Shown here in pieces: positions 42,056 through 58,980 of a stretch of 64,000 nucleotides of DNA. The position numbers and the translations under genes are program-made. Numbering within the stretch: position 1 is the stretch's first letter; each line of letters begins with the position of its first letter. The notes beneath the pieces were generated by a model. It was not told the origin of the DNA. It ran no database searches and worked only from the letters and a program-made list of their open reading frames with translations. Source of the stretch: the human T2T-CHM13v2.0 reference genome, Homo sapiens; NCBI RefSeq assembly GCF_009914755.1, contig NC_060931.1, one strand, 5' to 3'.

Positions 42056-42149
42056 TATGAAAATATTGTTTTTATTTTTAGTTTAGTTTGTTAAATCAAG
42101 CTTACTTGTCAAAAGAGGAATAAAGAAACCAATTAAAAAGTAATAATAA

Positions 42150-43105
42150 ATAAAAGCCACCAACCATTGTGTTGGAAATGAATCTATCATGTCATTCCAA
42201 TGAATTACAATGAATATAAACAAATTCTCCCATTAAAAGCCACAGTCGTGCACTAGATTAGAAATAATAAATCCACAAATACACTATTTAAAACATGATG
42301 CAGAAAAGATAAAAATAAAAAGATTGAAAAAGATATAATAGGAAAACGATAATCCAAATAAAGTTGTTAAAGCTGTAGTGATCTAATAAAAAAAAAAAGC
42401 TTGAAAGCAAAAGACATTGCTAAAGTGGGTCAGTATGAAATAATAGACAGCACATTTCATCAGGAACATACACCACTCCTGAATGTATTTTGCATTATAA
42501 TCCCAAAATACATGATAAAGATGTACAAGAATTATAAGTTTAGATTGATAAGTCTACAGTCAGAGGGGAAGATACTATTGTACTTCTTTCAGAAACTATC
42601 TTATCAAACAGACAAAAGTAATAATATGGAAAATTAAAAACACAATTAAAAAATCTTAAATTAATTCATGTATTTGAAAGAACTCTTTATTCTTTTTAAG
42701 TGTTCTCACAAATTAATTATGTACTTATTCATAAATACCAAAGGATGAACTAAATATACTCAGATCTAAATGTAATAAAATTAGAAAAAAATTATGAGGA
42801 GAGCAATCAGATACATTCAAACACTGAGAAACATACTTCCAAGTAATCCAAGAATCAAATAAAAAAGTATAATGGCAATTATTAAATGTTTAAATCTTCA
42901 AAATAATAAAACCAAAACTTAAGGAAGACAAGCTAATTTTATGGAAAAAAATTATATGGTCTTAAATGAGATTTTTATAAAGGAGTAAGAATAAAAATTA
43001 GATAAGTATTCAACTAAAGAAATTCAAAAGGCCAAAGTTAACCTTAATAAATAATACATACATAAGCTAAAAGCAGAAATTAATAGAAACAAATGATTAA
43101 AAATA
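42150..43105 (+). mobile_element. Ancient L1M ORF2 endonuclease-region relic
   Basis: A-rich; aattctcccattaaaag...tagattagaaa...aatccac and catttcatcaggaacatac...cctgaatgtatt resemble the ORF2 5' part. Confidence 0.6.
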
Positions 43106-43109
43106 GAAT

Positions 43110-43388
43110 GGCCAGGTGTGGTGGCTCACGCCTATAACCCTAACAGTTTGAGGACGAGGCAGGAGGATTGCTTGAGTCCAGGAGCTTGAGATCAGCCTGG
43201 ACAACATAGCAAGACAGTGTCTCTACAAAACTTAAAAGATTAGCTGGGCATGGTGGTGTGCACTTGTGGTCCCAGCTACTCTGGAGGGTAAGGTGAGAGG
43301 ATTGCTTGAGCTAGGGAGGTAGAGCTGCAGTGAGCCATGATCATGCAACTGCATGCCAGCCTGGGCAACAAAGTGGGACCCTATTTAA

Positions 43389-43427
<39 letters not shown>
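43110..43427 (+). mobile_element. AluJ with (TAA)n tail
   Basis: J diagnostics (ggattgcttgag, aacatagcaagac, gctgcagtgagccatgat); TSD aatagaat. Confidence 0.92.
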
Positions 43428-43428
<1 letters not shown>

Positions 43429-43431
43429 GAA

Positions 43432-44400
43432 TGTATCTCAAGACAATGAGAAGAAAACCTACATACTGGGAGAAAATATTTACAAAAGACAATCTGATAA
43501 AGAACTGTTATCTAAAATAATGTGATGAAGTCTTAAAATTCAACAATAAGAAAATAACCTGATTAAAAATTGGGTTTAAAAAAATGAACAGACATCTCAC
43601 CAAATAAGATATTCAGAGGGCAAATAAGCATATGAAAAGATGCTTAACATCATGTTATTAGGGAATTACAAATTAAAATAACTAGCAGCTATTTAATATT
43701 ATTATAGCAAAAATGTAAATTACTGACAACATAAAAAGTGGCCAAAAATGTGGAGCAATAGAATCTCTCATTCTTTGCTAGTGGGACTCCAAAATGGTAC
43801 AATGACTTTAGGAAACAATTTGGCAGTTTCTTATAAAACTAAGTGTGCTCTTACCATACAGTCTATCAGTTGGACTCCTTGGTATTTACCCAGAGGAGTT
43901 GAAAACATATGTCTGCACAAAATCCTGCACACAGATATTTATAGCAGCTTTATTCATAATTGCTAAAACTTGGAAGTAACCAAGATGTCCTTCGTTGAGT
44001 GGATAAATAAACTGTAATGCATTTAGATAAGGGAATATTATTCAGTGCTAAAAGAAAATGAACTATCAAGCAATAAAAAGACGTGGTGGAAATTTAACTG
44101 TATATTACTAAATAAAAGAAGCCAATTTGAAAAGACAACATGTTGTATAATTCCAACTATATGACCTTCTGGAAAAGGAAAAATTATGGAGACAGTAAAA
44201 AAGATCAGTGGTTGTTAGGGATTAGGAGGAGAAAGAGATGAACAGACAGAGCACAGATGATTTTTAAGACAGTGGATCTATTTTGTATAATATATAATGG
44301 TAGGTACATGTCATTATACATTCGTCAAAATCCACAAAATATACAATACCAGGAATGAACCCTAATATAAATTGTGGACTTTAGAAGATAATGTTGTGTG
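43432..44400 (+). mobile_element. L1MC-type ORF2 C-terminus and 3'UTR
   Basis: tgggagaaaatattt...ttaccatacag...tgtcattatacattcgtcaaaatccacaaaat...gaaccctaatataaattgtggacttt. Confidence 0.85.
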
Positions 44401-45117
44401 GATGAAGGTTGTTCTTGGTCCTTTGGCTAGAGAGGACCAAGATCTTTGATGTGGCTTTTTGTGGTTGTGCCCATTGACATTTCTGGGTTGTCAACTTAAA
44501 TTTAAGTATATATAAGGCAAAAGGAAATCCAAGGTAACTTATCCTCATGTCATTCCTTGGGCCCTGAAGTCCCTTAGAGTTTCCTTATGTTTATTTTATA
44601 GACAATATCTAAGGTTTTTAGTTGTGCCTAGATGAAGGAAGCTCTTCCGTTTTCTCTGAAACAGAAATTCAGTTTCCCACTTTGCCAAGAAAATTAAAAT
44701 AATCCTAAGAAAATCTACAAACTCCCATGAAATATGTATCTACTCATAGTTATCTGTATTAATATAGTCTTATCTCATATCCTAGACTCTCTATGGTCTT
44801 GTATAAAAAAATCCCCAAATTCATCAAGATTTTGAAAGGATCTATGTGCTTCTACCTCCTCATTAGACTACATTCATCTTTTTCATTGTGCCATCGCAGG
44901 CAACATTCTGTCATACAATTGGTGCTTAGTAAATTGTGACAAAAATTAACAAATAGTGCTATTATAGTTTTCATAATATGTATAAGAACATTTAAGTTTC
45001 CTTTTAATTTTATGAGTTGACTTTATATGTATAAATGAGGAGAGTGAATGAAATAGAGATTGAAGTAGAGTGGAATAGAGTGAAGGGAGATTATGTTTTG
45101 GTATAAAAGATATTTGA

Positions 45118-45121
<4 letters not shown>

Positions 45122-45150
<29 letters not shown>
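45122..45150. repeat. (TG)n microsatellite
   Basis: Perfect GT run of about 14 units. Confidence 0.95.
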
Positions 45151-45154
<4 letters not shown>

Positions 45155-47346
45155 GCATTGAATTATCGTAAGGTCTTTGTTCTGTTCACTGATATATCTT
45201 TTAAGCTTGAAAAAAAAAAGCCTGGCATATTCTAGGTGCTTGATTGATCATCTTGAATGAATGCATGAATAAACAGTGATGTATTACACTTAAAAAAAAC
45301 CAATGGTATTTAGGTTAGACCACGTGTTACCATCAAATGAAAATATAAAGTCTTTTCTAGTCTTGGGACCTTATATATTATGTGTGTTGGTTCTTCTTGG
45401 CATTTATTTCTTAAACATTTCCATTCTCCTTTAAGTGATTTTATCACTGCCTCTTTTATATTCACCACTGAGTATCTTATGGCACTGAATATAGCAGACC
45501 TCATTTATAGGAGCAATATTAACCTGTATTGATTTGCAGTCATGTAACATTTAAATGCAAAAAGGTTTATTAATGGCATTCTTTCCCAAAGAACAGAAAA
45601 ACAGTTGCATGCTTAAATGTATGGGTGTGACTTGTCATGCATGCTGATGTATTCTACCATTGTTATGCTTGCCAGCTGCAAACCACAATCAGAAAACCCC
45701 TAGTAATTATAATAGAACAAATTAAAAAGAGGAAAATCTTCTTTCTCTCTGCTTAGCTTTCGTGAATACGGGAAGTCAAAAATAAAAATCAGGACTTAGT
45801 AAATTTTTGTTGTTACAGAAAAGGTATTTCTCTATTTTATGTATTAATAATTGAAGTTGGAAACAGTTTCCACTGGAGCTTGTTACACAGCAGCAGCCCT
45901 TTCACCCATCTCCAGGCCTTGAAAGTAGTGGTATGTAAACTACAGGAGTATGATTACCAGCATAGGTATTGGGGGAAATGCACCACAATATCCTTTCCAT
46001 ATGATAGATTCTATTTGGACTTTTCTGTTAGCAAGCACTTGCTTACATTGTAGTATTTTTCTTTGTAATTTCCAATTATGTAAAATCTCAAGCCATACAG
46101 CAGTAAATTAAATTTGTAATAAAAAGTTTTGAGTTTAACTTCCTCTGACCTGGAGTCTTCACTTTTGTAGAGAAGCAAAAGTATAGCCTTTGTTTTCTTG
46201 CTTAGTTTAGTTTATTGAGATAATACAAAGTAAAACTCATCCTTTATAGAGTACATTTCAATGAGTTCTGATAAATATAAACAATGTGACTACCACTACA
46301 ATGAAGATATGCAACGTTCTCATTACCCCAAAGAGTTGCCTTGTGGCTCTGTGTTTTCAATCTCCTCCCCAAAGTTAGCCCCTGGAAAACACAGATCTGA
46401 TTTCTGCACCTATAAGTTTGAATTTTCTAGAATGTTATATAAATGGGAGCCACATTTTCTTTTAAAAGAAAATTTAAAGGGCTGTGTACCTTTCTGTATT
46501 TGTCTTCCGTCACTTAGCATATGCTTTTCATATTCATTCATTTCATCGTATGTATCAGTTCCTTTTTATAACTGAATAGTATTGCAATGCGTGGCTGTAT
46601 AAAAATTTATCCATTTACAGTTTGTTAGACATTTAGGTTATTTTCAGTTTGTGATCATTATGCATAAAAGTGCTATAAATATTTACAAATAAATTTGTGT
46701 GTAGAAATATATTTTCCTTTATGTTGAATAAAAATCCAGGAGATATTTATGGGATTTTGGTGAGTAAATGTTTAACATTGTACTGGTATCTCAGAGTGTT
46801 TTCCAAAGTGGCTATATCATGTTGCACTCCCACCAGTAGTCTGTGAGAGTTTAGGTTATTCCATATCGTTGTTAGGACTTGGAATTGCCATTAAAAAATT
46901 AATTTTTGCCATTGTAAAAAGTATGTAAAGGTATCACAGTGCAATTTTTGTTTGCATTTTCTAATGACTAATGATACTGAATATAATTTATTTGTTTCAC
47001 TTTTGTATTTTTGTTTATAAAGTGTTCAAATATTTTGCTTATTTTTATTGTATTTTAAAATTTTATAATTATTGAGTTGCAAGGTTAATATTTGCATTCT
47101 GGATGCAAGTTTTATCATACACACATACATATGTAGCCATGGGTTCTGCATCTGGAGATTTAACCAACTGCAGATGGAAAATATTCAGAAAAAAACACTA
47201 AAAAATAATAATACAACAATAAAACAGATAAAAATACAAAAATATTATAACAACTATTTACATAGTATTTACATAGTATTAGGTAATAAAAGTAACCAGA
47301 GTCATTTAAAATATACAAAAGGATGTGTATTAGTTATATGCAAATA

Positions 47347-50465
<3,119 letters not shown>

Positions 50466-50662
50466 CACTGTGCCATTTCACATAAGCAACTTAAGCATCT
50501 GTGGATTTTGGTATCCACAGGGGTCATGCAACCAATTCTCAAGGATACTGAGGAACAATTGTATATGTTTTCACACATTTTATCTCTTTGTAAATTGTGT
50601 TGTAATTTTCTTAATAATATCTGTAGTGTGCTACAAGTGATATTTCATGGTTATAAAATTAG

Positions 50663-51392
50663 TGATAGACAAAATATCTAATTAAGTGTCTTGCAAGGAC
50701 AATACTACCTGCTACTTAATGGTAGATGGTAAAAGGGCCCAGGAGACTTTCCAGATCTCCTTGATAACCGGAGATGGGGACTTCCCAGAGACCCCACCAG
50801 GATGGGATTTTAAGACCCTCATAGCAAACATGCCTGGGTATTACTGGGTCTCTATGATAATGAGTCCTAAAAAACCCTAGTTGTTCTAGAGACAAGGTCG
50901 CCTCAGCACAGAAACAACCTTCGTGTACTAGCCACCCATCCATTTTTTTTTTTTTTTTTTTTTTTGAGATGAGGGTCTCTCTTGTCAAGGCTGGAGTGCA
51001 GCGGTATGATCATGGGCCATCGCAGCCTCAACCTCCAAGGCTATGAACTTTAAAACAAAGCTTACCCTTCCAAGAATAGCTTAAAGTCCCTTTATGAAAG
51101 AAATACCTGGTAACTGACCTAGATTTAATGCCAGTATAAGAAGAGGAGAAGAATCCCCCAAACTCTGAGAATAGCCTCCAAACAGAGATCCTCCCTGACT
51201 GACCCCCTGCCTGTACCTGGCCCATGCCACCAGCCTGCTCCTGCTGTCCATCTGATAAGAGCCCTGCCTAAATAGACCTCTTGAGCATTAGCTGGTGTCT
51301 AAGACTCATCTTTCATGTGTAATGGATGGAAGAAGAGAAGTCACCCCAGGGAAGCTGGTCAACTAGGACAACTGGGGACCACCGAAGTGACA
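50663..51392. mobile_element. Probable LTR (ERVL-like, family not identified) interrupted by an Alu fragment
   Basis: GC-richer block of about 630 bp with TG...CA ends interrupting the L1M; TATA-like gtataagaa; no clean TSD. Confidence 0.55.
50943..51036 (-). mobile_element. AluJ-type 3' fragment
   Basis: T23 then gagatgagggtctc...ggctggagtgcagcggtatgatcat...gcagcctcaacctcc. Confidence 0.85.
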
Positions 51393-51845
51393 TTATCTTT
51401 ACAAAAAGGAGAGGTGGTTTTTGTTGTTGTTGCTATTTCTAATGTTGATGGAGTCCTATTTACCAATTTATATTTTAGGTTTGTGCTTTTTGAGTCCTGT
51501 TTAGGAAATATTTTTCTAGTCCGCGATCACAGAAGTTTTATCTTAACTTCTCTAGAGTTTCAGATTTAGATTTTACATTTTGATCTCTGACCATTTTATT
51601 TTTTAAAATTAATTTTGTATGTGATTACTTTTGTATACTATGTGAAGTATGAGTTGAGAAAGCGTTGGTGTGTTTTTTTTTTAAATTAACGTCATACATA
51701 TTTTGATTTTTTTTGGATTGTTCTATTCTGTTCTGTTAATCTTTACAACTACTTTTCCACTAATACCAGAGATAAGGTAATATGATCATGGCGTGTAAGT
51801 CATCCAATCTTGTTCTTTTTCAAAATTGTTTTGGTGATTCTAGTC

Positions 51846-52063
51846 CAAGGTTTCTCAACCCTTGGGACAATTGACCATTTGCGCTTGATAATTATTTGCT
51901 ATGGGAGGGCTGCCTGGGACACTTTAGAATGTTTAGCAGCATCCCTGGCCTCTACTCACTGGATGCTAATAGCATCTTTCCCAATTGTGATCACCAAAAA
52001 TGTCTCCAGACAATGCCAAAAATCCCCTGGGAGACAAAGCTGTCCTCTGATTGAGAACCATTA
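51846..52063 (+). mobile_element. MER20 (hAT-Charlie)
   Basis: gtttctcaacc...gtttagcagcatccctggcctctac...ccaaaaatgtctccagaca...ttgagaacca; 8-bp TSD ttctagtc / ttccagtt. Confidence 0.92.
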
Positions 52064-52329
52064 TTCCAGTTCTTTGCTATTTCATTTACATTCTAGAATT
52101 GGCTTGAAAATGTGGCAAAGAACTGACATAACTTTAGTAACTTTTCTAATCCTTGTATGTGGCATATCTTCCATTTACTTAGGTTTTTAATTTCCTTTAG
52201 CAGGGTTTTATAGTTTTTATCATATAGAAATTGCAGCTCTATTGACCAATTTATCTAAAAATACCTTATATATTTGATACTATTATAAATGGTGCTTTAA
52301 AATTTACTTTCTGATTGTTGTTTGTAATA

Positions 52330-52650
52330 CAGTCATGTGCTGCGTAAAGATGTTTTCATCAACCACATATATGAAAATGGTCCTTTAAGGTTATAATATG
52401 GTATTTTTACTGTTCCTTATGTTTAGATACATAAATATTTACCATTATGCTACAATTGCCTGCAGTATTCAGTACAGTAACATGCTGTACAGGTTTGTAG
52501 CCTAGGAGCGGTAGGCTATATCATGTAAAGTATAGTAGGTTATATCATCTAGATTTGTGTCAGTACACACTATCATGTTCACACAATGGCAAGTTTGCCT
52601 AACAATGCGTTTCTCAGAATGTATACCTGTTATTAAGCAATGCATGACTT
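52330..52650. mobile_element. Tigger3a (MER7A)-like
   Basis: TIRs cagtcatgtg / gcatgact; gtattcagtacagtaacatgctgtacaggtttgtagcctaggagc core. Confidence 0.88.
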
Positions 52651-54075
52651 ATATAGACATGCAATTTATTTTTGTATGTTAACCATATATCCTGCAACCT
52701 TGCTAAACTCTCCTGTTAGACCTGGTAAATCTCTGATAGATACCTTAGGATTTTCTACTTGGACAATCATGTCATAAGTGAATAAAGATATTTTTTCTCC
52801 AATGAAAAGATTTACGTTGTTATCTGCAGCAGTAGAAATATTTCCATGTTGTTTGTTTAATTTTTATCTATTTATCTATCTAAATTGTTTATCAGTTTAA
52901 TTGCACTGTAATTAATTTAATTAGATTGTCTATTTATGTAACTAAACTGTCTCTGCCATTAAGTAGTTTTCAGTAAGGCATTTCAAAAAATAGATGATTC
53001 AATAAGAAAGCTAACTAGAGTCTGTTTTAAGTTAGAGGTTTAGCATATTTTCTAATTATTTACTATCTCATTCTTGCATTGAGAGATAACAGTCACATAA
53101 ATTTTGAATTCATGAAAACAGACAGATTATTTATTTCCTTCCAGTGGCTGATATAGACTGTACCTCTGTAGAACATATAAGACTTAATGCCCATTTTCTT
53201 CTATTTTTAAGCCTCTGTGCTATTTTGTAAGTCTTTGTATACAAACAGAAGTTCAGTCAAAGAAGTAAGAGGATCATATTATATACGTATAGAAAATATG
53301 TTTTTTTTTTCTCTTTATGCCTTTGCAGGTTTTAAGAAATTGCTACCCATATTTGAATTCTTACATTTGGTATAAGGATCAAATTAGATTATGTATATAA
53401 AATCCTATTTTAAGCTGTAAAATGAGAGGCAAATGCTAGCTAGATATGGCTTACGCATGCAGTAAATACTCCATATATAGTTTTTGAATTGCTAGTCCTT
53501 TTCAGATATACAGAAAATTTCCATTGAACCTTAAAAGCCTCAAGAAGAAAGAGAAGTGAGCTAATTTTTTTTTTTGGCTCAGCTTTTACTCTAGTTACTG
53601 GTACATAACGTACCTCTGAAAATATTACTAAGCAATTAGGACAGAGTTGTTTTATGAGATTGACAGTGTTCTTTTAAATGCCACCTATCCAGTGCACATA
53701 GTTGAATTTTTCTACTTTGCAGGAATTTGTGCAATTTCTCCAAATAAGAAATATTTGGAGGACTCTAGCATGGCAGAAAACCTCAGTGGGTCTGAATTGT
53801 CTAGGACCATACATCGGAAGGATGATGCTTCTTTTCTATGTTAGTGCTTAGTCTCTGCTATTCCACATTTAATGCTTTCTCTGTCTCCTTAAAAACATTT
53901 CCAAATAAAAAATTAAAGAAAATCTGATAGGTATGCACTTGCAGACATTGCTTCAACATTTTGTATTAATATAGAACCATTGGTCAGTAATTATGCTGAA
54001 TATGATTTAGAATAGAAACTGAATTTGAATCTTACCTGTTACCTGTACATTTCTTCTTCAAAGGAAAATATATTT

Positions 54076-54123
54076 TGTGTACATACACACACACGCGCGT
54101 GCGCACGCGCACGCACATATATA
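54076..54123. repeat. Alternating purine-pyrimidine tract (CA/CG/TA)
   Basis: tgtgtacatacacacacacgcgcgtgcgcacgcgcacgcacatatata. Confidence 0.9.
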
Positions 54124-55779
54124 ATGTCTATTATTTCTGTAATTGATTCTGCAATGATAGCAATAATATATTTTATTTGATAATATCTCCAAAAAACGTT
54201 GAAAGTTTTAAGATGTACTTACTTTCTGTTGCAAAAATTACTTTTACATTCAAGAAGTTCAACATCTTTATTACAAAAGGTTTCTGGGAAAAATATAGAT
54301 TTCTATAAACTATATATACATGGACACAGGAGATTGGTTTATGGAGATGAGCAAAATGACCATCAGACACTCACCAATTGCACTGAACTCAAACTTTAAA
54401 ACAAAACAAAACCCATTAATATGCAAATGTAGGCAACTCCTGCATTCTTTAACATATTTCTGAATAACTTCTAAAAGGATAAGTTTTTCTTCAATAAATG
54501 ATGAAACTTCAAGTTTAAAATATATAAACACTAAAAAAATTGATTTCATATCCAAGGGTGAATTTCTCTTTATTTATATCTGTATCCAGCTGGTAGTGGG
54601 TGGTATCTCATTCCTGGAAATTCATGTATTGGAAAGGAAATGCTTAAGAGAATATTCATTTAGCTACAAAGCAATGGCATTTCAAGCTCTGAAATGTCAT
54701 TTGGAGGAGTCCCTGATTCCATGGGGGAGAAATGTGGCTGTTCTTTGGCAGACTTGGTAAAGCTCACTTCTCAGATTGATGGGTCTCGTAAAGTCCTATT
54801 GGCTTTGTTGACTGAGCTGTACATATCAGTATGATTTGACTGGGCTTGTGCCATATTCACATTGTGAGAATTATTGTCATTAGTATCATTAATATGCATG
54901 CATTCTCCTTGTTGTTCTTTGGATCTGTCTGAAATTTTTAGAGAAATAGAATACTGGCGAGGCCTCAAACTGATGACTGTGTGCATTTTTATTTTAAAAA
55001 TAAAAGCAATTTATTAATAACCATGCATGGGACCAAGGTGGATAACTAGGAAAACCATGTTACAATTATGTGGTTCATAACAAAATCATTTTTATGTGCA
55101 AATTTGATTTGTGTTATTTTTTGTCTTATCTGTTAAAATATCTTTTATGTTTTAGTACTTTGATATAGCTGATTATAGTGACGTAGTCAGGCTTTTATAA
55201 ATCTAATATTAATGCAGGTTACAGAAGGGGAAAGACCTTCCTTTTATTGATTGATTTTTAACAGCTTTTGTTCTTAATGATCAAAATAAAAGAGTTCATG
55301 CCAGAAAACTTGGAAAGTACTAGAGCAAGAAACTCCAAACAAAAGACACCGTAATCTATAATTCCCATAGATGCCTTTGATATTTTGATCTGTTTGTCTT
55401 TCCCAGCTTAGGGAACACTGTGGCAAAAAAGTTGGGTTTCTAAAGAATAAAAACACTCACACTCTTCCTCGATTTTTGTTGGGCTGAGTCCACCTCACAC
55501 ATTGAATGGATACATGGAAGAGTGGCAACTACAGTAAGAATACTGATCACATGGTACCTGATTGATTTGCAAGTGTTACTTCTGGGTACAGGCAATGGGA
55601 GGAATCCTGTTAACCTATTATATAAAAAGACTAGCATTGGTATAGGAAGTCGAAGTGTTTCCTACCGCTGTAGACCAACTCTTACCTGGTGTCAGGATTG
55701 AGTTATTTGTCTGGTCCACTAGACTCAGAGCTTCTCCTAATTTTTTATTTCCTTTATGTTTGTTCTTCTCTTGAAACTT

Positions 55780-56270
55780 ATGGAGACCTAAAGGCCCTAT
55801 GTGATTCGATTCCAGTATTCCACTCCAAATTTATGTACTTTCATTCTCCAGTTTGCTCAATCAGATACAGTGATACATTCCTTCTTTCTGATTTGCTCTG
55901 AAACATGTCAAACTCATTCCTTGTTCAGAGATCTTAGGCTGTATTAACATAATCTGGAATGTCCATTTCCCTGCTCTAATGTCACTTTCTCAGATAGATC
56001 TCCCTTCACTACTCTCTCTAAATAACCCTCCAGTTAACACCTATCTTTTTGTTTGACCCCATTTAAAAAATAGAACACATTATTTAAAATTGCTTTGAGG
56101 TTTTTATTTATGTATTTATTGTCTGTCTTGATTTTCTGTCACGTTCCCCCAACCTCCGAGCACTGTGATATTAGAATTGAGGTTGTTTATTTTGTACATC
56201 TTTGTATCTTCATTGTTTAGATAATTTTAGCACAGAGGCAATGCCTAATAAGTAAATACTGAATGAATGT
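55780..56270 (+). mobile_element. L2 3' region
   Basis: gaaacatgtcaaactcattcc...ctggaatgtcc...tttattgtctgtct...gcacagaggc...tgaatgaatg. Confidence 0.65.
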
Positions 56271-56439
56271 TGGATAATAGAGCTTGGTTATCTGTTTGCA
56301 TGAATGTGATTATTAGATAAGTTCCAGATCATAGAATCTTAAGATTCTTCTTTATACTCACTCAAGACAAAGAGGACCTAGTCTCCCAAAACAAAAAGGT
56401 TGTCTACCTTCCCCATAGAAAATAAGGAGGATTTTCATT

Positions 56440-56740
56440 CCTTCATAATATAAATATATGTTTAATACTACACATAATTTTTATTGATTGCATTCTATTA
56501 TATGGATATAAAATATTTTTAATCACTAACATTTTACTGTTGATCATTTTATTTTCTTCCAGTTGTTCTGTATTATGAATGTCACCTCTGTGGATATTTT
56601 TGTCCACATATTTGTGTAAAACTCTGATTATTTCCATAGACTACATTTGTTGAAATGAAATTGCTATATTAAAATGTATGCCCCTCTTTCAGTATTTTCC
56701 ATACTACCATTTGAAAGATTGACTGATTAAATACTTATGG
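56440..56740 (-). mobile_element. L1ME-like fragment
   Basis: cattctattatatggatata...ttccagttgttctgtattatgaat...atttccatagac...tgaaattgct. Confidence 0.5.
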
Positions 56741-57618
56741 TTTAAACACTCATAAGGAAAAATAGATATTTTCAGAAAAGTTTGAAATTCTTGGATACAA
56801 TTGTTTGAGTTTTCAGTTTTTTTTAATTTAACTGCATTGTTAAAGTGAATAAAGATTGACTTTTTTTTCCAAAGTGAGAATCAGAGAAAACTAATTTGTC
56901 TGTCTCACTCTATAGCCATTTTAGCCAAAATAGGAATGTGAATTGTTTCAAATTGTCATTCTTTCTTACTTCTGTTTACTGTTACTCTTAAAATAATTGA
57001 GGGTAACCGAAAAATAAGGCTTGAAACACATCAGCAAGAGATTGTATTCATATTGCTCATTGTTTTAATGAATAGAATCCTTTAAGCTAACTTTGAGGGA
57101 TGTGTATCTCTTTTCTTAAAAGTTAAATGTTACGTTTTATCTCACAAAGATGTCAATTAGCATGCTATAAGAGAAACTCTTTCTAAAACATGCCCCCCCC
57201 CCCCACCACGGGTGGCATGAGCAGATATTTAATGCACCTGCTGCCTTGCAAAAATATCAATCACATTGTACTCCAAAAATGTCCAAGTAAAAAAGGGGCA
57301 ACATTTAAAATGTGTGGTTTTGGGGTCACCTGTTAAGGTATCTTTAGTTTCCTTTCCTAGAAAAATGATTTTCTTCACTGATAATATTTCAGCTTTGCTT
57401 TTAAGAAAAGTTAATGGGTGAAAGGATGGAGTTTAAATTCTTAACAGTGGGTAATTCACTTATTTTCACTATTTGGTTTTACAATTTGAAAAATGAGCAT
57501 ATTTTAGAAGACACTTCCCCAAGATAAGAATTACGTGAGTCTGACAGGAATTATTAAGTATAGCGAGGGAAGATTGGAGAACAAAGTCATTTTGAATACA
57601 TCTTAGAAAAGGAGATTT

Positions 57619-57760
57619 TTGGGCAGTTGCGGCTCACGGTTATAATCCTAGCTCTTAGGGTGGCTGAGGCGGGAGGATCTCTTGAGCTCAGGAGTTTAAA
57701 CCAGCATGGGCAATATCGTGAGCCCTTGTCTCTATTTAAAAAAAAAAAAAGGAAAAAAAA
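57619..57760 (+). mobile_element. Alu monomer (FLAM)
   Basis: gggcagttgcggctcac...gaggcgggaggatctcttgagctcaggagtt...gtctcta plus A tail. Confidence 0.85.
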
Positions 57761-58291
57761 GTTTTTTTCTTTTTAAAATAACTATGTGGTAAATACTTTT
57801 TGAATGAGTTTACATAACTACCTGATGCAATATATTTTCCATGAGGAGCCTCATATTTCTGAGTCCTCAATAGAAAAAATGAGTTTTTAAAGGATATTCC
57901 ATATAAACAAGCATGTTGCTTTTTACTATAAAGAGTAGCTAAAATTTCTCCTTAAGAAAAGTATTATTTTATCTACATGAGAGGCTTTAATGTCTTTTTG
58001 GAGCTGAATATTATCCAGAAGCCCTCAAATTTATAGAACAAATGTGAAGAATATTAAGAATTCTATCTAGCTGGAAAAGCAAGCCTTTGTCTTAGGAACC
58101 TGGTGTGTATATTTCAATCTCATATTCTTAACTTTTCTGTAATCCAAATCCCAACTGGTTATGATTTATATTCTAGATTTTAAATTTTTTCCTTTTCATC
58201 ATTTTACATTCTACCCAAATCTTTAGTAAAAAGCCTATTTTTGGATATTAAACTATTAACACTTATAATTGAATTCAGACTCATCTAGTTA

Positions 58292-58980
58292 AAATACTAG
58301 GGAAACAGTCCAGGACATTGGTCTAGGCCAAGATTTTGTGGCTAAGACCTGGGAAACACAGACAGCATAAACAAAAATAGACAAATGAGACTATATTAAA
58401 CTAAAAGGCCTTCTGCACAGCACAGGAAACAATCAACAGAGTGAAAAGACAACCTGCTGAATGGGAGAAAATATTCGCAAACTACTCATCCAACTAGGGA
58501 CTAATATCCAGAATATACGAGAAACTCAAAGGCAAAAAAAAATTAATTTAAAAGTAGGCAAAGGATCTGAATAGACATTTCTGAAAAGAAGATATACACA
58601 TGGCAAACAGGTAGATTAAAAGATGAGCAACATCATACATCATCAGGAAAATGCAAATAAACCACAACAAGCTATCATCTTACTCCAGTAAGAATGGCTA
58701 TTATCAAAAAGACAAAAAATAACAAATGCTGGTGAGGATGTGGAGAAGAGAGAACTCCTATTCCCTGTTGGTGAGAATGCAAATTAGTACAGTCATCTTG
58801 GAAAACAGTATGGAGGTTTCTCAAAAAACTAAAACTGGAACTACCATATGATCCAGCAATCCCAGCATTAGGTATTTATCCAAAGGAAAGAAAACCAGTG
58901 TATCAAAGGGATGCATGCACCCTTATGTTTATTGCACCACTATTAACAATTGCCAAGATATGGAATCAATCTAAGTGTCC
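58292..58980 (+). mobile_element. L1MA/L1PB-type internal ORF2 fragment, truncated at both ends
   Basis: ccaggacattggtctaggc...ttctgcacagc...gaatgggagaaaatatt...accatatgatccagcaatccc. Confidence 0.88.

Noticed and set aside
54030-55690. Minus-strand donor matches CAG|GTAAGA (about 54037 and 55686)
   Set aside because: No convincing paired acceptors; expected by chance
57190-57220. CTCF-like ccaccacgggtggca next to a poly-C run
   Set aside because: Spacing does not fit the CTCF core without several mismatches
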